This document shows, one piece after another, positions 7,474-17,365 of a DNA stretch of 64,000 bases. Both the position numbers and the translations under genes were made by a program. Source of the DNA: a virus; IMG/VR virus record IMGVR_UViG_3300047562_003246, positions 32,001 through 96,000 of that record, one strand, 5' to 3'. Every line of letters starts with the position of its first letter. Position 1 is the first letter of the stretch. The notes under the pieces were generated by a model. It saw only the letters and a list, made by a program, of their open reading frames with translations. It searched no databases and was not told the DNA's origin.

Positions 7474-7521
7474 AAAGAAGGACGAGTTAAGAAATACTTG
7501 TCCTTCTTTTTTTTTAGCTAT
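7474..7521 (+). terminator. intrinsic terminator ending in T-tract-AGCTAT
   Basis: 14-bp stem aaagaaggacgagt/acttgtccttcttt, T9, AGCTAT. Confidence 0.8.
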
Positions 7522-7586
7522 TAGAGCTTTTGCGTGATTTTGGTAAATTGAGTTAGGGTTTGCTTACAACACAGAAGGACTGAACA

Positions 7587-8036
7587 ATGCCAGATCCAAT
7601 CGCCATATCTGCTGACGGTACCACCGCTTCGCTTTCGCTTGATCTAATTACGCCTTACAAATTGAGCCTTCGAGGCACAACACTGGACGCAGGTATCGAA
7701 GTTGTCTTTGAATACGCAGACATTGGACAGACGAACTGGAGACCGCTTTTTGTTGGTCCTGAGGCAGATGATCCGAGAGTTAAGTTAAACAGCAAATTTC
7801 AGGATATCTTGATCAGCGGTGATTGCCTGCTCAGGGCAGTGATTACTGGTTACGGAACAAGTAACACGGTAACGTTGACTGCCAAAGCACTGCAAGAAGT
7901 TACCAATGAGCGAATTGAAACAGCGGTGCAGGAAGTGCTTGACATGCTTGGTGTACTTCGAGAGGGTGTTGAGTATGAATGGACGAACTCAGACAACAAC
8001 GCGTCGGACTTGGTGACTATTACGCGTCCTATTTAG
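7587..8036 (+). CDS. putative virion beta-sandwich protein
   Basis: 149 aa, beta-rich, first gene of the structural block. Confidence 0.6.
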   Translation: MPDPIAISADGTTASLSLDLITPYKLSLRGTTLDAGIEVVFEYADIGQTNWRPLFVGPEADDPRVKLNSKFQDILISGDCLLRAVITGYGTSNTVTLTAKALQEVTNERIETAVQEVLDMLGVLREGVEYEWTNSDNNASDLVTITRPI

Positions 8037-8044
8037 GATGATTT

Positions 8045-8500
8045 ATGTCGGCAGTATTTTTGTTAGCGTTCCCTGAGCAGGATAACGTCGGAGTCTTCTC
8101 CGATGCGTTTCCTGTCTCTGCGCCGCCTCCTGTGTTATTGGCTGCTGCGCTGAATATTCTGCGAGATAGGCTTGTACTGAGTTTCAGCGAAGTAGTTACA
8201 GGAAACACAGTTCCAGTGCTGACATTCTCAGGCGGCGCAGTTACGGCGACATTTGCAAACATTGTCGGAGATACGGTCAGGTTTACCTTAAGTCGCACGA
8301 TTGCCGAAAACGAAACAGGTAGTTTGACGCTCAGCGCAGGATCCTACACTTCGGCTTCTTCAGGGGAGACTAACTCGGCAGCTGCGCTTAGCATCGCAGT
8401 ACCTACGGCGAGAATGAATGCAGACAGGGGTCTGGTGAATTCTCTGTTTCGTAGCCGCATTGTTGAGAGTATTACGGGCGATATTGTAGAGCTAAACTGA
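8045..8500 (+). CDS. Ig-like putative virion protein
   Basis: LVLSFSEVV...TVRFTLSR...LTLSAGSYT Ig-like strand pattern; contains 14-mer copy 2. Confidence 0.55.
   Translation: MSAVFLLAFPEQDNVGVFSDAFPVSAPPPVLLAAALNILRDRLVLSFSEVVTGNTVPVLTFSGGAVTATFANIVGDTVRFTLSRTIAENETGSLTLSAGSYTSASSGETNSAAALSIAVPTARMNADRGLVNSLFRSRIVESITGDIVELN
8334..8347 (+). repeat. dispersed 14-mer, copy 2
   Basis: Exact match; different frame, encodes SAGSY. Confidence 0.95.
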
Positions 8501-8528
8501 AGCTACAGGCTATATTAAATGCTCTTCG

Positions 8529-8557
8529 AGGCGGCTGGTAACCTAGCCGCCTTTTTT
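8529..8557 (+). terminator. intrinsic terminator
   Basis: aggcggct/agccgcct stem followed by T6. Confidence 0.75.
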
Positions 8558-8637
8558 GTTTGTATTCGAGTCTATCTTACGGCTTGTAGAATAGCTATAG
8601 AAGTTTGCGAACGTTAAGCCCTGAATAACAAGCATTT

Positions 8638-9267
8638 ATGAACTATACCGAGATAGCCGTAGCTTTAATAGCGATCGTAGGCAACATTATCGTTGGTTTC
8701 TTTGTTTGGATGACCCGAAGCGGCGCATCAAGAGATAGACAACTTACGAATTTTTACAATCAGCTATTGGTTGAGTGCCAGTCACTAAGAACCTGCAACA
8801 TGGAGCTGCAGAACAAGCTTGCTTCCGTATCTGTTCGCATGAATGATCTGCAAGCTCAGTTGCAATTTTACGAAGACAATACGTTACTTACAGAGTCCAG
8901 GGATATGCTTGCGAACATCTTCGAGAAGTTCGTTGACGCAGCAGCTTGGATTCATGACGTGTCGTCAAACAAGTGGTATCTCAATGAAAAATACTGCGTA
9001 ACGTTTCATGTCAAACGGGTGTCATTTTGGACTCCTGTGAACATTCTCGGTCAGTATGATGCAGCCGACGTAATCGACTACATGAAGAACGATCTGGCAG
9101 TCATCGAAACCGGCACCATGATGGAGTGTGTCGAACGAGTGCGTGTACGTATCATGGATCCGCACTGCGACGACTATATGCACTACAAGATTCGTAAGAC
9201 GCCGTTTTTCATCAACAATCGACCTTACATTGTCGGTTCAGTAGTTGCTCAGGTTCATTCACCTTAA
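8638..9267 (+). CDS. membrane-anchored coiled-coil PAS-domain protein without output domain
   Basis: N-terminal TM helix, heptad region, then AAWIHD..WYLNEKY..ND..VIETG..E..RKTP..IVG typical of PAS_4-like folds. Confidence 0.65.
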   Translation: MNYTEIAVALIAIVGNIIVGFFVWMTRSGASRDRQLTNFYNQLLVECQSLRTCNMELQNKLASVSVRMNDLQAQLQFYEDNTLLTESRDMLANIFEKFVDAAAWIHDVSSNKWYLNEKYCVTFHVKRVSFWTPVNILGQYDAADVIDYMKNDLAVIETGTMMECVERVRVRIMDPHCDDYMHYKIRKTPFFINNRPYIVGSVVAQVHSP

Positions 9268-9282
9268 TTGTAAATACGAAAA

Positions 9283-11787
9283 ATGCTTACTGGTACTAAA
9301 CACTGTTCGTTGTGTACGACGATTAATTACGCGAGTTTGAAGCGTAAAATGGGAGTTGTCGTTCCTTCTAACCTTAAGCAACTCCTCTTCCACGACAACA
9401 ACGTAGCCCAACCCGCCTACTACACTCCCCAGGAACTAACAGGCAGCGGACTACCTCACGATGCGTTCCTGAAAGACTACAGCCTTGGTAAAGGCTCTCT
9501 ACGTCCTAAGCGTCAAGGGTACTGCTACAACTTCGATGGGGTGAATGACTATGTAAATCTTGGAGATGTGACTTTTCTAGACGGTTTGGCCAAGTTTTCA
9601 ATTTCTGCTTGGTTTTACTACGATGGGCAAAGCAACCAGAAAGCTATACTTTCAAAAGGTAGTTACTTTATACTAAATCAATGGTTTTTTGGTTTCACGC
9701 ATTCAGGGCAAAATAGATTTGGATATTCGGTAGGTCAAAGATACAAATATCAAAACATTACCGGTATGTCGCATGGCTGGAAACACGTTGTACTTACCTA
9801 TGACTCAGTAAATAGCTTAGATGGAATTTACATTAACAATGCAATATTATCGGGTGAAGGTATAATACAAGGAGGTAACTATCTACCAACCGTAAATAAT
9901 GGTGAAATACTATGTATCGGATCAGTAACTCAGTCCAACGGTGCTACTGTAACATCTTATTTCGACGGCAAACTCTCTGACGTTCGCATCTACAACGACG
10001 CCCTCACCCCCGACGAAGTGACTTACCTATACACTGGCGGACAATCGGGGATTAATCCTGGTAGAGCCAACCTCGTAGCTCACTATCCACTTCAAGAAGA
10101 ATCCGGCCCCAGAGCCTACGATACCAGCGGCAACGGACACCACGGCACCATCATGAACGCTACCACTTCAGGTGTTGGTAGTATCCATGTTGTCGATGAG
10201 GGTGTACCCAAGAGTTATCTGAATGATGAAGGGTACAGTGTAGCATTTACCAAAGACGATACGTTTATTACTAATGTATCTGGGATAGATAACACAATTA
10301 GTTTTAATATAAAAATCGCTGATACAGACACTGTTGGTATAGCTTTAACTAATTCAAGTATTAACGCTTTTCTATTTTGTTGGCAGCAAAATGGTACAGG
10401 GGTTGTTAATGTATCTTCAGGCTCGCCAACGGTCTTAGTTGATGGTGTTAATTTCACAGGAAATCGAGGAGATTTATTCAACATACTTGCAGATCAAGAG
10501 TTTCATGTCGTAGAAATAATGGGTGCGGATTTTACAGCAAATTGGGTTTCTGGATTGTACTTTGGAGGTTATCCATCATCGCCGTATGAGTTACTTGCTG
10601 GAACCGTAATGACCAACCTCTTAATCAACGGAGTTGCTTATTCAGGTCCAACTATCATCCCCGCAGCTTCTACTACCCAGGACGCTCTCGGTGGCACGCT
10701 CACCTACACCGGAGAAGCACCACTACCAGGACTTGCTAAAGGTTACGCTTGGCAGGGTGACGGGACTAGTATCGAGGTGGACTTGGGATCACCGATTATT
10801 CCGACAACTGCTGATTTTGAACTTGAGTTTTGGTATCAACACAAAGATACAGGAACGACAAAAAAAGGAGTTTTTCAACAGTTAAATAACCCTGACAATT
10901 GTGCAGTAATAGCTAACAACGGAATCGCTAATGCACTACAATTATATATTGACTTTGCAGATGCTACTTCTGCTGTCAATATAACCACTGCTGCCGCTGG
11001 AGCATTAGTAGAGAATGTTTGGTATCGTATAAATATTCAAAGGGAAGGTTCCGCGTTTGTACTTAGTGTGTACGAAGTTAGTGGTAGTTTGTGGTTTACC
11101 GGAACTCAAACAAGATCCATAAGTTCTGCTATATCTATTGTTTCTAACACTCGATTATTGCGGTATTTATCTGATTATGGGCCGTTTGCAGTCGGTCCAG
11201 TCTCCATAACCACCGGCGGAGTCACCACAACCTATAGTCCAGTACCAGGAACTCGCAACGTAGCAGTCACCAAGTCCGATGGAACCTACTCGGTAATCAA
11301 TAATGCAGTCGTCAACGGTACTCTAGCCAATCTCTACACACTCGGTAACGGATCATGGAGACTACCAGAGATTGAGAATGGTGCTCATTGGGATGGAACG
11401 GCTTTGTATCCTGCCTCCCCAGGAGCCGAGGTAGCGGCAAACGGTGAAGCAATCAACGTACCAGCTAACAAGCATCCTCGAAGCGTACTGGTAGATCGTA
11501 CTGGTGCTGTCATCATTCCACTTGATACAGCAATGGGTACGGATGAACTCACAGCGGAAGCGTTTGACACTAACTCACTTGTAATTACAGATATGCAAGC
11601 ATCTAAACGGTTTGCTGGGGACTATTACTCGGATCGTTACGGTGCTGCATTAGTAACAATTGATGATTTAGAATTTTTTGGTGAAAACCCAATACTTCAA
11701 TTCGCACTCGTCGATAGAGACGGAGCCTACATTTTAGACCGCGATGGTGCCTATATCATTGCCGACCCAACACCAAGGACTAGCTAA
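9283..11787 (+). CDS. tail-associated LamG/ConA-like lectin-domain protein
   Basis: YNFDGVNDYV, FSISAWF, WKHVVLTY, YFDGKLSDVRIYNDALT LamG motifs; the true start may be ATG 9349. Confidence 0.75.
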   Translation: MLTGTKHCSLCTTINYASLKRKMGVVVPSNLKQLLFHDNNVAQPAYYTPQELTGSGLPHDAFLKDYSLGKGSLRPKRQGYCYNFDGVNDYVNLGDVTFLDGLAKFSISAWFYYDGQSNQKAILSKGSYFILNQWFFGFTHSGQNRFGYSVGQRYKYQNITGMSHGWKHVVLTYDSVNSLDGIYINNAILSGEGIIQGGNYLPTVNNGEILCIGSVTQSNGATVTSYFDGKLSDVRIYNDALTPDEVTYLYTGGQSGINPGRANLVAHYPLQEESGPRAYDTSGNGHHGTIMNATTSGVGSIHVVDEGVPKSYLNDEGYSVAFTKDDTFITNVSGIDNTISFNIKIADTDTVGIALTNSSINAFLFCWQQNGTGVVNVSSGSPTVLVDGVNFTGNRGDLFNILADQEFHVVEIMGADFTANWVSGLYFGGYPSSPYELLAGTVMTNLLINGVAYSGPTIIPAASTTQDALGGTLTYTGEAPLPGLAKGYAWQGDGTSIEVDLGSPIIPTTADFELEFWYQHKDTGTTKKGVFQQLNNPDNCAVIANNGIANALQLYIDFADATSAVNITTAAAGALVENVWYRINIQREGSAFVLSVYEVSGSLWFTGTQTRSISSAISIVSNTRLLRYLSDYGPFAVGPVSITTGGVTTTYSPVPGTRNVAVTKSDGTYSVINNAVVNGTLANLYTLGNGSWRLPEIENGAHWDGTALYPASPGAEVAANGEAINVPANKHPRSVLVDRTGAVIIPLDTAMGTDELTAEAFDTNSLVITDMQASKRFAGDYYSDRYGAALVTIDDLEFFGENPILQFALVDRDGAYILDRDGAYIIADPTPRTS

Positions 11788-12945
11788 ATGACGACTCGAA
11801 ATATCTACGAATTGGCTCAGACGTGGAACAACGGTGCTGTTGATTTCACGGCTATCAAGATGAACGTGACCGACACGGCAAGTGCGGCAACAAGCAAGTT
11901 GTTGGATTTGCAGGTTGGTGGGAGTAGCAAGGAGTCCACGGATAAAAACGGAAACAAGACACTGGCTGGTGCTATCATATTGAAATCTGGTGCTTCAATT
12001 CCTATCACTGGTGCCAATGTTTCAATTACCGCTACTGATGCTAGAGAGTTGACATTTGGTAGGGACAGTAGTACAGCTAGAATGCTTTTTGATCTCGATG
12101 GCACAGGGGGGATCAAAATTGGGAACACGAGCTCTTATGCTTGGTCTAGCACCACGCTTTCTACTAGTGTATCCGATTTGTTTCTTGTGCGAGACGCCGC
12201 TAATATTCTTGCTCTTCGCAACTCCACAAACCCCCAAGCCTTCAACATCTACAACACGTTCACCGACGCATCGAATTATGAGCGTGGGTGCATTAAGTGG
12301 TCTAGTAATCGGTTTGAAATCAAGAGTGAAGTGTTAGGGACGGGAACAGCTCGCCCGCATAGATTTTATTTGCATTCAAATCAGGAATCTTGGATAGAGG
12401 ACACAAATGCAAGCGGTGGTGGCTACAGAATTGCTATTCGTAATAGGTATGGGCATTCATTTAATTTTGGACCTATTCTATCTTCGCCTGTACCGATTTC
12501 ACTAGGTGATGTTGCGTATGTACCTCTTATTCATTTTGGGATACGTGGTTCAAGACCAACAGGAGCATTGAACGCGAATGTTGTTGCTGGCGACCTTCAT
12601 TTGTGTGGTAAATATGGTGGAAATTATGCTATCTCTACAAGCTATCATAGAGGTACAGGTATAACAGCTTGGTGTGGATACGGAGCAACACCTACAGATA
12701 CGGATGGCGATGGAGGCGATGCTGGGAACTTTGATATTTGGTTGAATGCCGGTGGTGCAGGTAATGGTAGCGGAGACGCAGGTGCAGATGGTCGATTTCG
12801 TATCATTAACGATGATACTGACTCAGAAGTATTTGCTATAGATAAATCTGGCAACGTATATGCCGCTAATTTACCCACATCTGACCCAGCGGTGGTCGGC
12901 CAAATATGGAATGATTTAGGGACTCTCAAAATTTCAGCAGGTTAA
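11788..12945 (+). CDS. tail fibre / receptor-binding protein A
   Basis: G/S/T/A-rich beta protein; C-terminus NLPTSDPAVVGQIWNDLGTLKISAG shared with 14479-16905. Confidence 0.65.
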   Translation: MTTRNIYELAQTWNNGAVDFTAIKMNVTDTASAATSKLLDLQVGGSSKESTDKNGNKTLAGAIILKSGASIPITGANVSITATDARELTFGRDSSTARMLFDLDGTGGIKIGNTSSYAWSSTTLSTSVSDLFLVRDAANILALRNSTNPQAFNIYNTFTDASNYERGCIKWSSNRFEIKSEVLGTGTARPHRFYLHSNQESWIEDTNASGGGYRIAIRNRYGHSFNFGPILSSPVPISLGDVAYVPLIHFGIRGSRPTGALNANVVAGDLHLCGKYGGNYAISTSYHRGTGITAWCGYGATPTDTDGDGGDAGNFDIWLNAGGAGNGSGDAGADGRFRIINDDTDSEVFAIDKSGNVYAANLPTSDPAVVGQIWNDLGTLKISAG

Positions 12946-12948
12946 CAA

Positions 12949-13326
12949 ATGAGCATTTTCAACATCCAAGACAACGGACCCACAGCACAACAACTTGCTG
13001 ATGGGTTTCTCAAAGAAGCCGATCTCAAAGCTGACCAAAACGTCCAAGAGATATACGACGGAATCCAACGGTTCTGGTACAGAAACAAGGACGCCGACGG
13101 CAATGGAGTGCTGGAAGGTGACGAGCCAACAGGCATCGAAACCTTGCAAGCAATGGGCACTCGGGCAGAGGCATTCCTAACAGTTGCTTATGCCAGAGTG
13201 CAGATGATCGTGACTATTCAAACCGCTTTGGGTGTGGAGCTTATCGACTTGTCGAAAGCCTCGGCACCTTACGATTTCACATTTAATCCAGACGGAAGTT
13301 TGAACACATGGACTCTCAAGAACTAA
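12949..13326 (+). CDS. putative fibre-associated chaperone A
   Basis: Directly follows fibre A; similar to 16981-17346 (W.N...E..QA.GT.A..F). Confidence 0.5.
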   Translation: MSIFNIQDNGPTAQQLADGFLKEADLKADQNVQEIYDGIQRFWYRNKDADGNGVLEGDEPTGIETLQAMGTRAEAFLTVAYARVQMIVTIQTALGVELIDLSKASAPYDFTFNPDGSLNTWTLKN

Positions 13327-13484
13327 CACTCAAGCTGACCAAAGAAGAAGGTCAGCAGCTTTACGAATTGATCGACTTGGCTGTAAAAGCTGGAGGTGTG
13401 CAAGTCTCTCGGGCTGCTTTGCCCATCGTCGATAAGTTAATGGCTGAAGCACAAAAGCTGAGTGAACCTAAGGAAACTCAATAA
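13308..13484 (+). CDS. 58-aa helical protein not in the ORF track (MDSQELTLKLTKEEGQQLYELIDLAVKAGGVQVSRAALPIVDKLMAEAQKLSEPKETQ)
   Basis: Translated by hand; fills the gap between 13326 and 13486; resembles small proteins commonly found beside phage fibre genes. Confidence 0.65.
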   Translation: MDSQELTLKLTKEEGQQLYELIDLAVKAGGVQVSRAALPIVDKLMAEAQKLSEPKETQ

Positions 13485-13485
13485 C

Positions 13486-14199
13486 ATGACACGCATATAC
13501 ACGATACCAACAGCTTTCACATCAGAACGAATATATCGAACCATTGATGCTAGTAGTCTCACACTACTCAATCAGTTGTTCGGTGCTGCTCTAGCAATGG
13601 AGCAAGCACAAGAGGCAACGCCACTCACGCAATGGACTGGAGACTACTGGGGCAACCCACGAATGACTCCAGCCGAAGCAATGGAGAAATGGGGAGTTAC
13701 TAACGAGGTCCCAGTAGCCAACATTGCTCCTGGTGACATTAACCCGTTCTTTCGATTTATTGACGACATTACAAAGACCGGCAACACAATTAGTCGTGGC
13801 CCCACCATCACCACAATGGAAATGGTCAACGATGATGATATGTTCTGGATCGGTTCAGGCGTTGGTCGAATCTTACTGCTTTGTGCTGTAGGAGGTGAAC
13901 TAGAAGGTTGGCAAGTCTTCTTCAAAGTAGCCGAAGCTGACTACGAAGACGAAGTACCAGTTGGGTTTCCTTTTGGCACAACCACGGACCTAACTGATCC
14001 CGAAAACCCTGTCGAAGTTCAACGTAAATGGAGCGAGTGGAAAGACGAGTTCCACGAACACCAGCTAGTTGATGGGTATTACTACATCGCTTCCAACAGC
14101 TTTGATCGGATGTTAAAAGCCAGCGAGTGGTTTATGTTTGCACTTGCTGGATTAGCTGTAGTCACAGAATTACCTGTACCGGATATTACTCCCGAATAA
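13486..14199 (+). CDS. hypothetical tail-region protein
   Basis: ATG at 13486, 1 nt after the previous stop. Confidence 0.7.
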   Translation: MTRIYTIPTAFTSERIYRTIDASSLTLLNQLFGAALAMEQAQEATPLTQWTGDYWGNPRMTPAEAMEKWGVTNEVPVANIAPGDINPFFRFIDDITKTGNTISRGPTITTMEMVNDDDMFWIGSGVGRILLLCAVGGELEGWQVFFKVAEADYEDEVPVGFPFGTTTDLTDPENPVEVQRKWSEWKDEFHEHQLVDGYYYIASNSFDRMLKASEWFMFALAGLAVVTELPVPDITPE

Positions 14200-14233
14200 T
14201 CAGGTAAATATTCATTTAAAGGGCTAAGTAGTT

Positions 14234-14440
14234 ATGTTCTTGCTATATTCTTTTCTGATCTGCTTAGCTATCGCTATTTGTCCGTTCCTGTTTCTGATTC
14301 CAGGATTCGATCGGTTGATCGGACATGAGTCCTCCGGTGCAGAATGGGCTTTATTGTTTTTCACGGTACCTTTTGGTGTCGTGTTGTTCTTGGTGAGTCT
14401 CCTTGGCAGAGTTGTTTATCTTCTGCTGACTAGAAACTAA
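14234..14440 (+). CDS. small two-TM membrane protein
   Basis: Two hydrophobic helices separated by a short polar loop. Confidence 0.55.
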   Translation: MFLLYSFLICLAIAICPFLFLIPGFDRLIGHESSGAEWALLFFTVPFGVVLFLVSLLGRVVYLLLTRN

Positions 14441-14478
14441 TTCACTTTCGCTTTGAAGTCCGCCCGAGTGAAATTTCT

Positions 14479-16905
14479 ATGAGTGCGACAACGTTCGTCC
14501 CCCAATCCATCTACGCAACGCAAGCGGGCCTGGTCGGTGCCAATGCTGCTGGGCTTTGTCGTTTGTTGACGGCGGAAGAAGTGAAAGCCCTAGCCGGTTT
14601 GTCCGCCGCCGATTCGCCGACGTTTGCGGGCATGACCCTAAGTGGAAATTTGCAAGCAAACGGAGAAGTACGTTCACTCAATGGTGTTTACTCTAATCGC
14701 CTGTATATGGCAGGCGGCGTAGCCTTACTGGGTAATCACTCTGGACATTCTTTACAGCATAGCCCACAAGGATTGTATCTGTATGGGTCAGAGCTAGTTT
14801 TTGCTGTCCAAACGCCTGATACCACTTTAGCACGCAACGCTGTTGGTCAACTTGATATAAGAGGCAACAGCGGACTTCGCGTACGTAATTTTGCTAACAC
14901 CGCGAACGCTCCCATCGTCGCAAGTCAGTTTAACTCAAACAATCTTACAGCCAGTAATTACAACCTGGGTCTAGGGCAAAACGTTTCTAATGTCGCCTTT
15001 ACGGCAACGGCATTGGGTTGGTCGGCAGCAGCACCTCATACCAATTCTATTGCTATCGGAACCAGCGCAGCAACAAGTCAAGCTGGTCAACTATCTATAG
15101 GCAGCGCGCAAAATGTCACGCAAATGCGGTTTGGAGATGGGACTGCGAATGTTTCAATCGTAAACCCGATTACGGCAAGCGGAACGCTGCAAGCGGACGG
15201 ACAAATTCTGTTTGGTCCAAGCGACACGTCTTTCATCGACTCTACCGGAACAAACCTACGATTAGGAGTTAATAACTCCGCGCGTCTAACTGTCGACACG
15301 TCAGCAATTACAATAAACGATGCTGGGTTGTTACTAAGATGGGGTACAACCTCTGCATTCCCGGCTCTCAAACGCAACGGAACGGCAATAAATTTTCGTC
15401 TGGCAGATGATAGTGCCGACGCTCCTATCACCGCGTCACAAATTCAACTTTCCGGGTTTGGCGTCGTTCCCGGCAATTCTACGCAAGGACTGCGATTCGG
15501 TGATGGTTTTGCTGCTGATATAGTGAGAATGTTATCACGCTTCACTGGAATTGCGGGTGGAATACGACAACTACGGATCGCAGAAAACGCACACTTAGCA
15601 TGGGCTGCTAATCAAGGTACATCGTCAACCGATGTCACTTTGTCCCGTGACGCGACTGGTCCTAGTCTTCTTGCTCGTGTTAATGGCGGGCTACTGGTTA
15701 GAAATTTTGCAAATGACGCGGACGCTCCGATATCATGCGGAGCGATTACGGCAAGTGGAAGCGTAACAGTGAATGGTATTCCGTTGATCGGTGGAAATAC
15801 CGGAGCGACTGCTAACGCGGTGCTGCGGGCGGATGGAGTGGGAGGTACAACACTAAAAAACAGTGGCGTGACTATAGATGATACCGGAAATGTAGAGCTT
15901 AATGCCTCATCATGTCTACGCTTACGGAGTTCGACAGGGTTCCACGGAGGAGGCTCCAGACGAGTACTTGAAGTGTTGCTGAGTGCTCCAAATGAGACTG
16001 TGGTGACCGCATCTCTAGGTGAAAATGGACATTTAGATGCGAGGACCATCCTAAGTCAGAACACTGTCACTTGTGGAACACACGCAGGATTCAAAATTGG
16101 GGGAGGTTGGGGAGAATTCAATTCAGCTAGTACTTATGGACAGCGTACATTCGTTTCTAGCGTCTACAATACCGAAATACAGCACGGTCCTTCCTATGTT
16201 GCAAGAATTCGTAATCAGAACGGATCGTTAGGAAATCTTGAATTAGGGCAGATTACAAACGTTGCACAATCGGCTTCAACCGTTGCAACTATCATTCGAG
16301 GAGCCGCTTCCCAAACCGCCAATCTTACAGAATGGCAAGACAGTGTTGGTACGGTTGTCGCAAGCATGAGTTTAGAATTCCTCACGATGCCTGACAACAT
16401 AAACAGAGGAATACGATTTGGAACATCCGTTCACGCTCCACGAATAGGAGGCCTAGGAAGTGGGCGTACAATCCGATACGCAGTAGGAAACAACGCTTCT
16501 AGCATTTATTACTTCGATCCGAACGGTCTTAAAAATGACAGTGTAAACGATGGAGGCGAAGCATGGCTTCTGTCGGGCGGTGCTAATCGTAACCAGATAA
16601 TGACCATCAGTGGAACACTGCCTACAGGTGATTTCGCATCGCATTCGATTCGCGTGAGAGCAGGTAGTGCTTTTGCAAACGCTACGACCAACATCACTGG
16701 TGGAGATATTGAAATCCTTGCTGGCGATGGATCTGCAAACTCGGCAGGCAACGCAGACGGTGGTGACATCACACTGACAGCAGGCACCGGACACGGTACT
16801 GGGCGAGACGGCTTGATACTTCTCCAGAATCTTCCAACGGCAGATCCAGTGGTCACAGGAGCGCTCTGGAACGACGGTGGAACATTAAAGATTTCAGCCG
16901 GATAG
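14479..16905 (+). CDS. tail fibre / receptor-binding protein B
   Basis: G/A/S/T/N-rich; internal repeats (VRNFANTANAPI, VRNFANDADAPI, RLADDSADAPI); C-terminus NLPTADPVVTGALWNDGGTLKISAG. Confidence 0.7.
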   Translation: MSATTFVPQSIYATQAGLVGANAAGLCRLLTAEEVKALAGLSAADSPTFAGMTLSGNLQANGEVRSLNGVYSNRLYMAGGVALLGNHSGHSLQHSPQGLYLYGSELVFAVQTPDTTLARNAVGQLDIRGNSGLRVRNFANTANAPIVASQFNSNNLTASNYNLGLGQNVSNVAFTATALGWSAAAPHTNSIAIGTSAATSQAGQLSIGSAQNVTQMRFGDGTANVSIVNPITASGTLQADGQILFGPSDTSFIDSTGTNLRLGVNNSARLTVDTSAITINDAGLLLRWGTTSAFPALKRNGTAINFRLADDSADAPITASQIQLSGFGVVPGNSTQGLRFGDGFAADIVRMLSRFTGIAGGIRQLRIAENAHLAWAANQGTSSTDVTLSRDATGPSLLARVNGGLLVRNFANDADAPISCGAITASGSVTVNGIPLIGGNTGATANAVLRADGVGGTTLKNSGVTIDDTGNVELNASSCLRLRSSTGFHGGGSRRVLEVLLSAPNETVVTASLGENGHLDARTILSQNTVTCGTHAGFKIGGGWGEFNSASTYGQRTFVSSVYNTEIQHGPSYVARIRNQNGSLGNLELGQITNVAQSASTVATIIRGAASQTANLTEWQDSVGTVVASMSLEFLTMPDNINRGIRFGTSVHAPRIGGLGSGRTIRYAVGNNASSIYYFDPNGLKNDSVNDGGEAWLLSGGANRNQIMTISGTLPTGDFASHSIRVRAGSAFANATTNITGGDIEILAGDGSANSAGNADGGDITLTAGTGHGTGRDGLILLQNLPTADPVVTGALWNDGGTLKISAG

Positions 16906-16980
16906 CGTATAGTTTTGATTCCTTTTAGCCGCAGCCCGTAGCTACGGCTTAATTTCCTCTTAGTTTTGAAAGGTACAGAA

Positions 16981-17346
16981 ATGTCAGATTTTCTAAATGC
17001 AGAAATCGCCAAGCTCGCAAACCCACAACAGAACCAGCCAACCCGTGGACAACGCGCCAAGGAGTCAGCTGACGCGATCAAGCAGATTGCGGTTCAGAGT
17101 GTTGTGCAGTTCGTCAACAACATTAACCAGGGCTTCCAGTTGATTTGGCAGAACCAGATGGGCCTGTCGCCTCAAGAGGTCTGTGATGCCTTGGGAACTG
17201 ACGCACGCGGTGTGTTTGAACGACACGCAGCAACCGCCCAGTTCTTAGTTACGCAGGCCCCTGCCATCGCGGCTTTGTTGGCAACTGTTCCCGATGGATA
17301 TACGATTTCCTACAACGAAGACGGTACGGTCGTCATCAGCGAGTAA
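16981..17346 (+). CDS. putative fibre-associated chaperone B
   Basis: Follows fibre B; paralogous pattern to 12949-13326. Confidence 0.5.
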   Translation: MSDFLNAEIAKLANPQQNQPTRGQRAKESADAIKQIAVQSVVQFVNNINQGFQLIWQNQMGLSPQEVCDALGTDARGVFERHAATAQFLVTQAPAIAALLATVPDGYTISYNEDGTVVISE

Positions 17347-17365
17347 CAGTTTCCAAAAGTGACCT

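Noticed and set aside
12868-16905. Diversity-generating retroelement TR/VR pair at the similar fibre C-termini
   Set aside because: Differences are mostly synonymous at all bases and not adenine-specific; no reverse transcriptase in the window.
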